Origin: an uncultured Candidatus Rokubacteria bacterium | GTDB taxonomy: Bacteria; Methylomirabilota; Methylomirabilia; Rokubacteriales; DASRDR01 | NCBI GenBank assembly: GCA_963708025.1 | Contig: CAVPSB010000025.1 | Coordinates: 128,001 to 192,000, forward strand | Direction of reading: 5' to 3' | DNA length: 64,000 nucleotides | Shown here: positions 10,347 through 20,203 of the stretch, one piece after another | How positions within the stretch are numbered: the first letter of the stretch is position 1 | Layout of the letters: each line of letters begins with the position of its first letter | The notes under the pieces: generated by a model | Database searches by the model: none | The model's input: only the letters and a program-made list of their open reading frames with translations | Told to the model about the DNA's origin: nothing | Position numbers and translations under genes: made by a program

Positions 10347-10979
10347 TCAGGCGGAGAGGATCCGCTCGCTGACGATGAAGCGCTTGTTGTAGGTGTACGG
10401 CCGCACCTCGGGCCTCCAGCGCCCGATGTCCGAGGTGTCGTTCCAGAGCTTGGACATCGGCAGGTCGGTCCGCTCCACCTCGTAGGCGCAGAGATACCGC
10501 GGCTCCCCGGCGGCGGTGGTCCGGTAGCGCACGGCGTTCACGGAGCCGGGCAGCTTGAGCAGCAGGGGCAGGTGCTCGGTGTCGTAGAGCTCGTTGAAGA
10601 GCGCCTCGCGGTGGGGCTCCACGTCCATCATGACCCAGAACACGCACGGGGTCTTGCCGGTGAGGGCGGCGGCCCCGCCCACCCACTCGTAGACCACGAG
10701 GTGGCGGTTCATGGTGTGCGGGCGCACCGCCGTCGGCCACCGGCCCGCCTCCCCCGCCGCCTTGAAGGCCGGGCTCTGGATCACACCCGGCCCGTCCAGC
10801 TCGTAGGCGGCGAGGTAGCGGGGTTCGGTGGGCGAGGGCTGCCGGTAGCGGCTGGCCCGCCGCACCCCCGCCACCGCGCGGAGGTTCGGGACGTGCTCGC
10901 GGTCGTACACCTCGTTGAAGGTGGCCTCGTGGTCGTGGGCCACGTCCATCCGCACCAGGTAGAGCGCGTGTGCCGCCAT
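10347..10979 (-). CDS. tandem Dabb/EthD-like domain protein
   Basis: Two repeats of MDV...E..FNE.YD.EH.P.L...G...A.RY...EPRYL.AYE. Confidence 0.7.
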   Translation of the reverse strand: MAAHALYLVRMDVAHDHEATFNEVYDREHVPNLRAVAGVRRASRYRQPSPTEPRYLAAYELDGPGVIQSPAFKAAGEAGRWPTAVRPHTMNRHLVVYEWVGGAAALTGKTPCVFWVMMDVEPHREALFNELYDTEHLPLLLKLPGSVNAVRYRTTAAGEPRYLCAYEVERTDLPMSKLWNDTSDIGRWRPEVRPYTYNKRFIVSERILSA

Positions 10980-11096
10980 ACGATCCCTCCCGAGGGCGGC
11001 TGTCCGCGGGCCGCCGTCGGGCGGGATTCTACCCCGGGAGCGCCGCCGCCAGATAGTCGCGGTTCATCCGGGCGATGACGTCTCCTGCACGCCCTC

Positions 11097-12653
11097 TCAG
11101 CCGTAAGGGGTGCGCCAGCGGAAGTGGTAGCGCGGGCCGGGTGTCGGCCCGCCGCAGTCCCCGGAGGCGTGGCCGGCGTGTACCAGGTACAGCTCGTCCT
11201 TGTCGCGACCGATCCGGACCGCGCGCTCGAGCCCGAAGCAGGGCGCCAGGAGGCCGGCGGGGCCGAGCAGCCACCGGTTCTTGCCCTCTCGCAGCCACGC
11301 CGCGGCGCGCGGCACCTCTGCGGGGGTCTCGCGGTAGCCCCAGTGCACCAGCGGGTTCCGAGCATGGAGCCAGTAGCCGTCGCGCCAGCCGACAAGCGCG
11401 AGCTCGGCGTCCGGACCGATCCGGCCGGCCACCCGGGCCATCAGCGCGCGACGCGAGTCACCGCCGGCCTGGAGCCAGGGCTCCGCCAGCACGTACGTCA
11501 GCAAGCCGGCGAGGTAGGCGACGACCGCCAACCGGACGAGGCGGCGCCGGCCCGGGATCCGGATCAGCCGGCGGATCTGCCACAGGACGACGGGCGCCGC
11601 GGCGAGCGCCAGGGCCGGCAGCGCGGGGACGACGTACACCTTCCGCTTGCCGGTGCTCAGGCTGAAGAACAGAACGACGAGCACGATCCACCCGAGCAGC
11701 AGCAGGAGGCGGCCGTCTCCCCGCGCGAGCTTGCGCCACCACCCGGGGACCAGCCAGGGCAGGAGCGCCACGGTCGGCAGCCAGTAGAGCGGGATCACTT
11801 CCACCGCGAAATACCAGAACGGCTCCCGGTGCTGCCACGCGGCGACCAGCCGCTCGCCGGTCTGCCGGAGGAAGAGGTCGCGGAGGTAGGCGGCCAGCGC
11901 CGGGTCGCTCGAGCCGGCCACCCGCACCCCCAGCGGACCGAGCCAGACCAGCGTGGCCGCGACGAGGCAGAGCGGGCCGAGCCACCAGCGGCGGTCACCC
12001 CCCGCCGGGGGGACCAGCCACCGCGCCCGGCGGCGGAGACCGACGGCGTAGGGCACGAACAGGAGCAGGGGCAGGAACCCGACGCCCTTGGTCACGATGC
12101 CCAGCCCCATGGCGGCCCAGGCGACGGCGTACCAGCCCCAGCTGGGGCCGAGCGCGAGGTGGCGGACCAGGCCGTAGAGCCCCAGCGTGGTCCAGAGGAC
12201 GAGCAGGCCGTCGATCTGGCCGTCGCGGAGCACGTCCACCCACTGCCAGGTGGCGAGCAGCAGCAGGCCGGCCGCGAGGCCGACCCGGCGCTGCCAGAGC
12301 CGCGCGCCGAGGTCCTGGACGAGCGCGACCGACACGAGCGCGGCGACCAGCGCCGGGAGCCGGAGCGCCAGCGCCGCCGAGCCGGTGAGCCACGTCCCCA
12401 GGGCCACGAGCCAGAAGAAGAGCGGGGGCTTGTCGGAATACACCTCGCCGGCCCGGTGCGGTATCAGCCACTCGCCCTCCTGGAGCATCTCGAGGGCGAT
12501 CCCGGCGAACCGCTCCTCGTCAACGCCCGAGGGCTCGCGCCACCCGATGCCGGGTCCGATCAGGAGGAGGGTGAGGCCGAGCAGCAGCCAGCGGTCGCGG
12601 GTCGCCGAGCGGCCGCGGGCCCGGCCGAGGTGAGAGAGGGTCGCGATGATCAC
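11097..12653 (-). CDS. ArnT/PMT (GT-C) family glycosyltransferase
   Basis: DEERFAGIALEM, YSDKPPLFFW, GLGIVTKGVG, H.EPFWYF, FFSLSTGKR.VY; GTG start inferred. Confidence 0.88.
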   Translation of the reverse strand: MIIATLSHLGRARGRSATRDRWLLLGLTLLLIGPGIGWREPSGVDEERFAGIALEMLQEGEWLIPHRAGEVYSDKPPLFFWLVALGTWLTGSAALALRLPALVAALVSVALVQDLGARLWQRRVGLAAGLLLLATWQWVDVLRDGQIDGLLVLWTTLGLYGLVRHLALGPSWGWYAVAWAAMGLGIVTKGVGFLPLLLFVPYAVGLRRRARWLVPPAGGDRRWWLGPLCLVAATLVWLGPLGVRVAGSSDPALAAYLRDLFLRQTGERLVAAWQHREPFWYFAVEVIPLYWLPTVALLPWLVPGWWRKLARGDGRLLLLLGWIVLVVLFFSLSTGKRKVYVVPALPALALAAAPVVLWQIRRLIRIPGRRRLVRLAVVAYLAGLLTYVLAEPWLQAGGDSRRALMARVAGRIGPDAELALVGWRDGYWLHARNPLVHWGYRETPAEVPRAAAWLREGKNRWLLGPAGLLAPCFGLERAVRIGRDKDELYLVHAGHASGDCGGPTPGPRYHFRWRTPYG

Positions 12654-12761
12654 CGGACCATGTGCCTCGTCCCGACAGGATAGCAGTCCGCGGGGCCGCC
12701 GGGGCCTTGCGTGGCCCGGGCGGAGGGCATATCGTGCGGGCGACGGCCGAGGTGTCGAGCG

Positions 12762-13481
12762 GTGACAGGGCAAGCGAGCCGGGTCCTTCTCGTCGTGGTC
12801 CCGATCCTGGGGATCGTCGGCTACTACTGCGGCCTCCTGCTGGCACCCCAGCCGTTCCGGCGGTGGTTCCTCTCCGAGCAGGGCGTGATCGAGATCCTCA
12901 CCGCCGTGTTCTTCGGGGCCGCCGGGGTCGTCGGGCTCGCCCTCGCGGCGAGGACCCGGGGGGTGGTCCGGCCCCTGTACCGGGCCTTCTACGTCGGCTT
13001 CGCGCTCGCCGCCCTGTTCGTCGCGTTCGAGGAGATCAGCTGGGGCCAGCACCTGCTCGGCTTCGAGAGCCCGCCCTGGTTCGCCGAGCGGAACGCCCAG
13101 CGCGAGACGAACCTCCACAACCTGTTCGGGCACACGCCGAACCGCAAGCTCCACGACCTGGCGGTCGTCGTCTTCACCACGGGCGGCATCGTGCTGCCGG
13201 CCGTGGCCCGGCTCCGGCCCGCCGCCTACGCGCGGGACCGCTGGGCCCACTATCTGCTGCCGCACGGCGAGCTGGTCGCCCTGGCCGCCCTGGCCGCGCT
13301 GCTCCGGCTCTTCCGCTCGATGCCGCCGTCGCCGATCACCGGCCGGAACCTGGGGCTCGCCGAGCCCATGGAGCTGTACTTCGGCGCCGCGGCCCTGGTC
13401 TATGTGCTGGTCCTGTGGCGTCGCCTGGTGGCGCCCGGCGTCGCCGCGCCGGCCGGCGCCCTCGCCTCCGACCGGCGCTGA
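12762..13481 (+). CDS. conserved hypothetical membrane protein
   Basis: Multiple transmembrane segments; FEEISWGQH..G..P.WF...NAQRETNLHN motif. Confidence 0.7.
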   Translation: MTGQASRVLLVVVPILGIVGYYCGLLLAPQPFRRWFLSEQGVIEILTAVFFGAAGVVGLALAARTRGVVRPLYRAFYVGFALAALFVAFEEISWGQHLLGFESPPWFAERNAQRETNLHNLFGHTPNRKLHDLAVVVFTTGGIVLPAVARLRPAAYARDRWAHYLLPHGELVALAALAALLRLFRSMPPSPITGRNLGLAEPMELYFGAAALVYVLVLWRRLVAPGVAAPAGALASDRR

Positions 13482-13719
13482 CCGCCGCCGCGTCACGCGC
13501 GCGTCGGCCGCGGCGCGCAGCAGAAGTTCGGCCAAGGTTCTGATCAACTCCTGCTGCTGGGGGCGGCCAGCTCGATCCGGAGCTCGGACTCGGCGGGCGG
13601 GAACAGCGGGATTTGGGTGGGGATCGATGGCTTCTACACCGCCGGTGGCATCCACAACTACTTCTGGAAAGCTAGGCCTCTGCGAACCGTCTGAGTTCTG
13701 AAGCCCCTGCGCGCAGGTG

Positions 13720-15219
13720 TTATTTCGCCGGGTGTTCGATAGGCCCAATCAGGCTGTCTTCCAGCTTTTCGTTCTCGAACCCGAGCGCCTCGTCGGCAAT
13801 CCGCTTGAAGTCGCGCGCGAGCTCGATCATGGTCTGGCGGTCCCGGGGATTCTCGATTCCGTCGATCGGCGGCATCGAGTTCTCCTCGAGGACCGTGATG
13901 ATCCGGTTGCGACCGGCCAGGGCCTGGTTGGGGAAGTTGAAGAACTCCAGCATGTTCATCTTGGCCTGGTTTGTCGGCGTATGGCACTCGAAGCACTTGA
14001 ACTGATTGAACCCGAGCGCGAGCTTCCGGTAGGCCGAGTCCAACTCCTTCACGTGCGGGTTCGTCGGGGTGAACAGGGACGAGTAGAGCGTGACCCGCGG
14101 CTCCGCCTGGTCTGCCTCGTGGTTGGCTCCCGGGCTGAACCAGTGCCACTTGTGATCCCACGTCTTGGCCACCTTCGGCCTGGACTTGTCCGCCACGGCC
14201 GAGCGGACGGCCCCCTTGAGCTTGCCCTCCTGGTAGACGAGGATCACCTCGGTCGCGTAGTTGTACGCGTCCCACTTCTTCTCGGAATGCCAGAAGGGAT
14301 AGGGATACTCGCCCGCGTCGAGCTGTCCTCGGAAGTGGGCCGGCATGTGGAGAATGGCCTGATCGCCGATGCGCTCCACGCGGTAGTTCTTGTCGAACAT
14401 GAAGAGAGACAGGTACATCTTGCGGTACACCAGCGGATTGAAGCGATTCGACGCGAAATGCTCCAGGTCGTAGTCTCCAGCGGCTTTTTGTCCTCCCCAG
14501 AGAAACGGCTCCCGCATCCGGGTCTTCAGGATCTCCGACTGCGCCAGCTTCTCGCCGCAGGCGTCGCGCGCCTTGGCGTCCGTTGGGTGCGCCAAGGGGC
14601 ACGCCTCCGCGATGGCCGCCGCGATCTTCTCTGGAATGTCCGGAGAGTCCACCGCTTCGTTCTCGCGCGAGCTTCGTACCGTGTTCAACAACGCGATGCC
14701 GGCCTCGGCCCAGTCCAGGATGGCCTTTCGTTCGTTCTCGGTCAGGCGATGAGTCCAATGAACGAGCGTGTATTCCACCGGCGGCATGCTCCGGTCCAGC
14801 ACGGAGTCGCGGAGCCGCGCAATGAACTCATGGGCTGCGCCGACACGGCCGACGGGGAACCCGCCTGAGAAATCGAACTGCACGCGCCCCCTGCGGATGT
14901 GGTCCTCGATGAACGGCTGGCTCCAATAGCTCAGGATGGGAATGGAGTAGTAGAGCGGGCGCTCGGGCGTCGCGGTGTGGCACGCGGCGCACTTGACGAC
15001 CAGAATCGGCTGAATCTGCGTCTGATAGGTCGTGACGACTGACTCGGGGGTTGGCGGGGACGCGTCCGTGGTTCGGCCCACGTCGGTGAGGACCGCGGAC
15101 GCCTGGACCGCCAATCCCACGAGCAGGATGATTACTCCGCGCAAGAATCCGACTCGCGCGATGGGCGTTCGTCCGCCTGCACCATGGCGGGCTTGCCTTC
15201 GGCCATCCAGCGAGAGCAT
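13720..15219 (-). CDS. diheme c-type cytochrome with N-terminal Haem_bd-like domain; start uncertain
   Basis: CAACH...P.YY...I..GR...F..MPP.EY..VH and a second CFECH...MPP; N-terminal hydrophobic segment. Confidence 0.75.
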   Translation of the reverse strand: MLSLDGRRQARHGAGGRTPIARVGFLRGVIILLVGLAVQASAVLTDVGRTTDASPPTPESVVTTYQTQIQPILVVKCAACHTATPERPLYYSIPILSYWSQPFIEDHIRRGRVQFDFSGGFPVGRVGAAHEFIARLRDSVLDRSMPPVEYTLVHWTHRLTENERKAILDWAEAGIALLNTVRSSRENEAVDSPDIPEKIAAAIAEACPLAHPTDAKARDACGEKLAQSEILKTRMREPFLWGGQKAAGDYDLEHFASNRFNPLVYRKMYLSLFMFDKNYRVERIGDQAILHMPAHFRGQLDAGEYPYPFWHSEKKWDAYNYATEVILVYQEGKLKGAVRSAVADKSRPKVAKTWDHKWHWFSPGANHEADQAEPRVTLYSSLFTPTNPHVKELDSAYRKLALGFNQFKCFECHTPTNQAKMNMLEFFNFPNQALAGRNRIITVLEENSMPPIDGIENPRDRQTMIELARDFKRIADEALGFENEKLEDSLIGPIEHPAK

Positions 15220-15649
15220 CTGCGGCTCCTGTTCAGGGTTTGCGCTTTCGCGAGACGCTCGCGAAGGCGCGACCGAGTGTCAACTTCAAGCTGCTGCCGT
15301 TGATATAGCAACGGCCGTGCCACAAAGAATTATTCCAGCAGTCTCAAGTGGATAGTGGAACAATCGAGGGCCCAGTGATGGTCAGAAATTGCCCGGCGGC
15401 ATCTCTCCGGCAAGTTATCGTCCAGCGGGGATTTTCACGATGAAGGGGCCAGGGGCGGAGGGGCCGACCCGAGCGTCGGGTGCCCGAAGAACTATGGAAG
15501 CTGTCGAACTCGCACGGCGCCGTCAAGTCGCGGTGGAAGAACAGGTAACCACCCTCCGGTGTCCGCCGGGTCGTGCTCCAGCACCAGCCAGCCGATCTCC
15601 TGCCGTCGAAACTCGGCTGGAACCTGAGCGGTATACCGGCTCCCGGAAG

Positions 15650-16891
15650 TCAGGCGGTCGCCTCGTGGGCGGTGAGAGCCAGCACGCGGGTGCAGAGGAA
15701 GATGTCGGCGAGGTACGTGTAGACGTCGTGGTAGTCGGTGTAGCCGCCGAGCGGCCCGTAGATGCAGCAGGGGATCCCGGCCGCCCACAGGTGGGTGGTG
15801 TCGTTCCCGGCGTAGCTGTAGGGGAGGCGCACGCCGAGGTGCTCGGGCTCGTCGCCGCTCACGCGCTTCAGGTTTCGCTTGACCATCTGGACGATGGGCT
15901 CGGTGATTGGTACATCTACCGCCGCCTTGGCCAGCCGGCCGAGGCCGCGCTCGAGGGCCGGCGGGAACTCGATCTCGTAGGCGAACTCGGGGTCCTCGGC
16001 CTTCAGGGCGTCGAGCGTCCGGCGGAGGTCGGCCAGGACCGTCTCGCCGCTCTGGCTCGCGTTGAAGCGGACGTTGACGTAGGCCGAGCAGAAGTCGCTC
16101 ACCGTGTAGGCGCCCCGGAGGTTGTAGCTCCGGCCCCGGCCGCCGATCACCGAGCCCACGTTGAGCCGGGGGAGCCCGGGGAGGTCGGGGTCGTGGGTGC
16201 AGGTGAACCGCATGGCGTTGATCGCCGCGATGGCGCGCATCATCTTGGCGATGGCGTCCGAGCCCTGCTCCTTCCGGCTGATGTGCATGGCCCGGCCGAG
16301 CGTGTGCACCACGACGTCCATCGACCCGGTGTGCTTGGTCAGGATGGTCCGGGCCCCGTAGGGCTCGGCGACCACCGCCACGTCGGTCCGGCCGCCGTGC
16401 TGGATCGCGTGGAGGGTGCCGATCCCGCTGTTCAGCTCGGCCGCCACGCAGGCCAGCACCACGTCGCCGCGGAGCGGCACCCCGGAGCGCTCGAGGGCCA
16501 GGGTGGCCAGGATGATCGCCGTCACCCCGGCCTTCATGTTGTAGATGCCGTGGCCGTAGAGCTTGCCGTCGGCGATCCACGGGGAGAACGGATCGCGGGT
16601 CCAGCCGGTGGCCAGCGGGTCGATGTCGATGTGGCCGTTCAGCATGATCGAGCGGCCACCCCCCGTGCCCCGCAGCCGGGCGACCGCCTGCTTCCGGCCC
16701 GGCTCGATCTCCTGGAGCTCGACCTCCAGGCCCTGGTCGCCCAGGTAGCCTGCCAGCCACTCGGCGCAGGGGGTCTCCTCGGTGGTGAACGAGGGGATCC
16801 GGACGAGGTCCGAGGCCAAGCGGACGATCTCGTCGTCGTCAACCCGGGCCAGGATGGCCCGCTCGGCCTCGGTCAGGCCGGGGTCCCTCAT
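15650..16891 (-). CDS. M20 family peptidase/deacylase (ArgE/DapE-like)
   Basis: LNGHID, DGKLYGHG..NMKAG, VVAEP, GRAMH, YGP.G. Confidence 0.88.
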   Translation of the reverse strand: MRDPGLTEAERAILARVDDDEIVRLASDLVRIPSFTTEETPCAEWLAGYLGDQGLEVELQEIEPGRKQAVARLRGTGGGRSIMLNGHIDIDPLATGWTRDPFSPWIADGKLYGHGIYNMKAGVTAIILATLALERSGVPLRGDVVLACVAAELNSGIGTLHAIQHGGRTDVAVVAEPYGARTILTKHTGSMDVVVHTLGRAMHISRKEQGSDAIAKMMRAIAAINAMRFTCTHDPDLPGLPRLNVGSVIGGRGRSYNLRGAYTVSDFCSAYVNVRFNASQSGETVLADLRRTLDALKAEDPEFAYEIEFPPALERGLGRLAKAAVDVPITEPIVQMVKRNLKRVSGDEPEHLGVRLPYSYAGNDTTHLWAAGIPCCIYGPLGGYTDYHDVYTYLADIFLCTRVLALTAHEATA

Positions 16892-16919
16892 CACGGTCCC
16901 GGGAGTCGCTCCCATTCGG

Positions 16920-17017
16920 CTCCCTCTCCCTTCCAGGGAGAGGGCTGGGGTGAGGGTCCACAGGAGCGCGTGGTCTCCCCCTCACCCTGACCCTCTCCCC
17001 CGGGTGGGGGAGAGGGA
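16920..17017. repeat. palindromic REP-like element (same family as 4935-5035)
   Basis: CTCCCTCTCCCTTCCAGGGAGAGGGCTGGGGTGAGGG...CCCTCACCCTGACCCTCTCCCC...GGGGAGAGGG. Confidence 0.75.
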
Positions 17018-17030
17018 ACAGGCGGTGGAG

Positions 17031-18387
17031 CTAGAACGAGCGGATCAGGCGCTCGACGCGCTCGTCGTGGGCCTGGAACGGGTCCTTGCAGAGGATGGTC
17101 TCGCGCTCCGGGTCGTTCAGCTTCAGGTAGACCCAGTCGAACGCGGTAGTCCTTCCCCTTGAGATTGGCCCGGCGGATGAACTCCCCCCGCAGCCGGGCG
17201 CGGGTGGTCTGGGGCGGGGTGTGCTTGGCCTGCTCGATGGCCTCGTCCGTGGACAGCCGCTCGATCATGTCCTTCTGGACGAGCCGGTAGTAGAGCCCGC
17301 GGTCCGGCCGGATGTCGTGGTACTGGAGATCGATCAGCGAGACCCGCGGGTCCCGCCAGGAGAGCCGGTGCCGGGCCATGTAGTTCTCGATGAGGTCCTT
17401 CTTGATGACCCAGTCGATTTCGCGCCAGCACGACATCGGGTCCGTCTCGAGGCGGTCCAGGAGATCGGTCCAGCGATCGAGGACGTCCCGGGTCACCGAG
17501 TCGGGCTCCTGGTGGTCGTAGTAGTTGCGGGAGGCCTCCAGGTACTCGCGCTGGATCTCCAGCGCGCTCATGGACCGGCCGTCCTTCAGCTTCACGGTCT
17601 CCCGGAGGGTGGGGTCGTGCGAGATGTCGCGGATGGCCTGGACCGGCGACTGCAGGCTGAAGTCCCGGTCGAAGTAGCCGTCCTCGATCATGTCGAGCAC
17701 GATGGCGGTGGTCCCGACCTTCAGGTACGTCGCGATCTCGGACATGTTCGAGTCGCCCACGATGACGTGGAGGCGGCGGTAGCGCTCGGCGTCGGCGTGG
17801 GGCTCGTCCCGCGTGTTGATGATCGAGCGGGAGGACGTGGTGGCGCCGGAGATCTCCTGGCAGATGTGCTGGGCCCGCTGGGACAGGCAGTAGTGGAAGC
17901 CGCGCGGGGTCTGGAGGACCTTGCCGGCTCCCGCGAAGATCTGGCGGGTGACGAAGAACGGGATCAGGGCCTCGGCCAGCCGCTGGAAGGAGACGTCCCG
18001 CGAGACCAGGTAGTTCTCGTGGCAGCCGTACGAGTTCCCGGCCGAGTCGGTGTTGTTCTTGAAGAGGAGGATGTTCCCGGAGATGCCGTCCTCCCGGAGC
18101 CGCTTCTCGGCCTGGTGGAGGAGGTCCTCGACGATCCGCTCCCCGGCCTTGTCGTGGATGCACAGCTCCATGATGTCGTCGCACTCCGGCGTGGCGTACT
18201 CCGGGTGGAAGCCGGTGTCGAGGTACAGGCGGGCGCCGTTCTCCAGGAAGACGTTGGCGTTGCGGGCCCCCGGGATCACCTTCTCGAAGAGGTACCGGGC
18301 GACGTTGTCGGGGGACAGCCGCCGCTGGCCGTTCAGCGTGCAGGTCAGGCCGTACTCGTTCTCCAGGCCCATGATGCGACGCTTCAT
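17031..18387 (-). CDS. pafA: Pup-protein ligase (apparent extra base near 17140)
   Basis: [62 protein letters not shown]; removing one base restores [12 protein letters not shown]...ILCKDPF...[10 protein letters not shown]. Confidence 0.93.
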
Positions 18388-19121
18388 GGCTTCCCCGTGG
18401 GGCGGTCGGCCGCCCCGTCTGTGGGCGCTTCGCCGCGGCCCAGATGCGACCGTAACTCGGCGTCCGTGATCCGCCGGAACTTCCGGCGCTCGCGGTTCCG
18501 GTCCAGCACGGCGATCTCCAGGTCCCGCTCGGTCAGCGTCTTGTTCTGGGTCACGGTCAGGGACCGGACCCCCATCTGGATGGCCTCGGCGACCGGCATG
18601 CCATCACGGTAGTGGTCCTTCAGGAACCGCCGGATCTCGTCGGCCTGCCCGCCCATCGCCGCGTAGTTCAGCTCGTCCTCGATCGTGCCGTCGTAGAGGA
18701 TATGGTACATCTCGTTCTTGCTGCCGTTGCGGGCCTCTCCCACCTCGGCGACGAGCACCTCCACCTCGAAGGGCTTGATGCCCTCGGTGAAGATGTTCCC
18801 CAGCGCCTGGGAGTACGCGTTGGCCAGCGACTTGGCGGTGACGTCCTCCCGGTCGTAGTTGTACCCCTTGATGTCGGCGTGGCGCACCCCGGCGATCCGG
18901 AGGTTCTCGAACTCGTTGTACTTGCCGACGCCGGCGAACGCGATCCGGTCGTAGATCTCCGAGATCTTGTGGAGGAGCGTCGAGGGGTTCTCGGCCAGCA
19001 GCAGGATGCCGTCCTGGTACTCCAGCGCGATCATGGACCGGCCGCGGGCGATGCCCTTGCGGGCATACTCGGCCTTGTCCTTCATCATCTGTTCGGGCGA
19101 GACGTAGTACGGAAGCGGCAT
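18384..19121 (-). CDS. prcA: 20S proteasome subunit alpha
   Basis: [52 protein letters not shown]. Confidence 0.95.
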   Translation of the reverse strand: MPLPYYVSPEQMMKDKAEYARKGIARGRSMIALEYQDGILLLAENPSTLLHKISEIYDRIAFAGVGKYNEFENLRIAGVRHADIKGYNYDREDVTAKSLANAYSQALGNIFTEGIKPFEVEVLVAEVGEARNGSKNEMYHILYDGTIEDELNYAAMGGQADEIRRFLKDHYRDGMPVAEAIQMGVRSLTVTQNKTLTERDLEIAVLDRNRERRKFRRITDAELRSHLGRGEAPTDGAADRPTGKP

Positions 19122-19127
19122 CGGTCC

Positions 19128-19968
19128 CTATCCCTGCGGACTGCGGTTGTTGGCGGCCCGCCGGACGGCGATGACGGTGTCGCAGTGCTCCCGCACCTCG
19201 GGCTCGGGCACTTCCGCGAACCCGGCGGCGGTGATGACCTTCATCGTCGGATAGACGCCGTGGACCGGATCGGGACCCCCGGTCCCGACGTCCTCCTCGG
19301 CGGCGTCGAAGAGCGCCTCGGCCGCCATGCGGAGGGCCTCCTCCCGGGAGCAGCCCGGCCGGTAGACCTTCTTGAGCGTGGTCCGGGCGTCCTTGCCGCC
19401 GGAGCCGGTCGCGTAGTACTCCGTCTCCTCGTAGCGGCCGCCGGTGATGTCGTACTTGAAGATGCGGCCATCGCCCCGCTTGAGGTCGAAGCCGGCGAAG
19501 ATCGGCACCACCACCAGCCCCTGCATGGCGGCCGGCAGGTTCATCCGGATCATCTGGCCGAGCTTGTTCGCCTTCCCTTCCAGCGAGAGCCCGTCTCCCT
19601 CGACCTTCTCGTAGTGCTCCAGCTCGGTCTGGAAGAGCCGGGCCATCTCGATCGACGGCCCCGCCGCCCCCGCGATGGCGATCGCCGAATGGTCGTCCGA
19701 CTTGTAGACCTTCTCGATCCGGCGGTGCGCCACCTGGTAGCCCTCGGTCGCCTGCCGGTCGCCGGCCACGATGACCCCCTCGGCGTACCGGATGGCGAGA
19801 ATGGTCGTCCCGATCGGCACGCCGGGGCGCCCGGGCGCCTCGGCGTGCGCCGACGGCCCTCCGGGCAAGGAGAGGGGCCCCCACGTGCTCCGGTGAGTGC
19901 GCCCGGAGCAGCTCCACGAAGCTCGAGTTCAGGTAGTTACCGAAGAGACCTTGCCACCGCTCGTGCAT
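19128..19968 (-). CDS. prcB: 20S proteasome subunit beta with propeptide (apparent extra base near 19880)
   Basis: Propeptide SSFVELLR from ATG 19968; mature G/TTILAIRY..GVIVAGDR.AT.G, ELEHYEKVEG..LSLEGKAN. Confidence 0.93.
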
Positions 19969-19985
19969 GGGTTCTCCCGGACGCG

Positions 19986-20020
19986 ATTATAGCAGGGAGT
20001 CGCGCAGGCGAGCGACTCCC
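19986..20020 (-). promoter_or_regulatory. extended -10 promoter of prcB with adjacent 9-bp inverted repeat
   Basis: TGCTATAAT on the minus strand (19994-19986); GGGAGTCGC (19995-20003) / GCGACTCCC (20012-20020). Confidence 0.55.
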
Positions 20021-20081
20021 CGGCAGGTCCGTGTGGTGGGTCCTACCTAGTCTAGCCCCTGCGGGCTAGCACGCCAACGAG

Positions 20082-20199
20082 CGGGGCCGAGGAGCGAGCA
20101 GCGCTAGGACGCAGGGAGTCGCCCACCGCAGGCGTATGCCGCATACGCCGAGGATGGGCGACGACCGAGGACGACGCGATGCGAAGCTCATCGGCCCCG
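20082..20199 (-). repeat. REP-like family A element
   Basis: GGGGCCGA...GGCGTATGCGGCATACGCC...GCGACTCCCTGCGTCC...TCGGCCCC; homologous to copies at 24007, 27649, 44000, 53131. Confidence 0.85.
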
Positions 20200-20203
20200 C
20201 GTG

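Noticed and set aside
20052-20203. A hidden or divergent pup/UBact ORF in the dop-prcB gap
   Set aside because: The minus-strand sequence there is REP-derived and gives no acidic small protein ending in GGE/GGQ.
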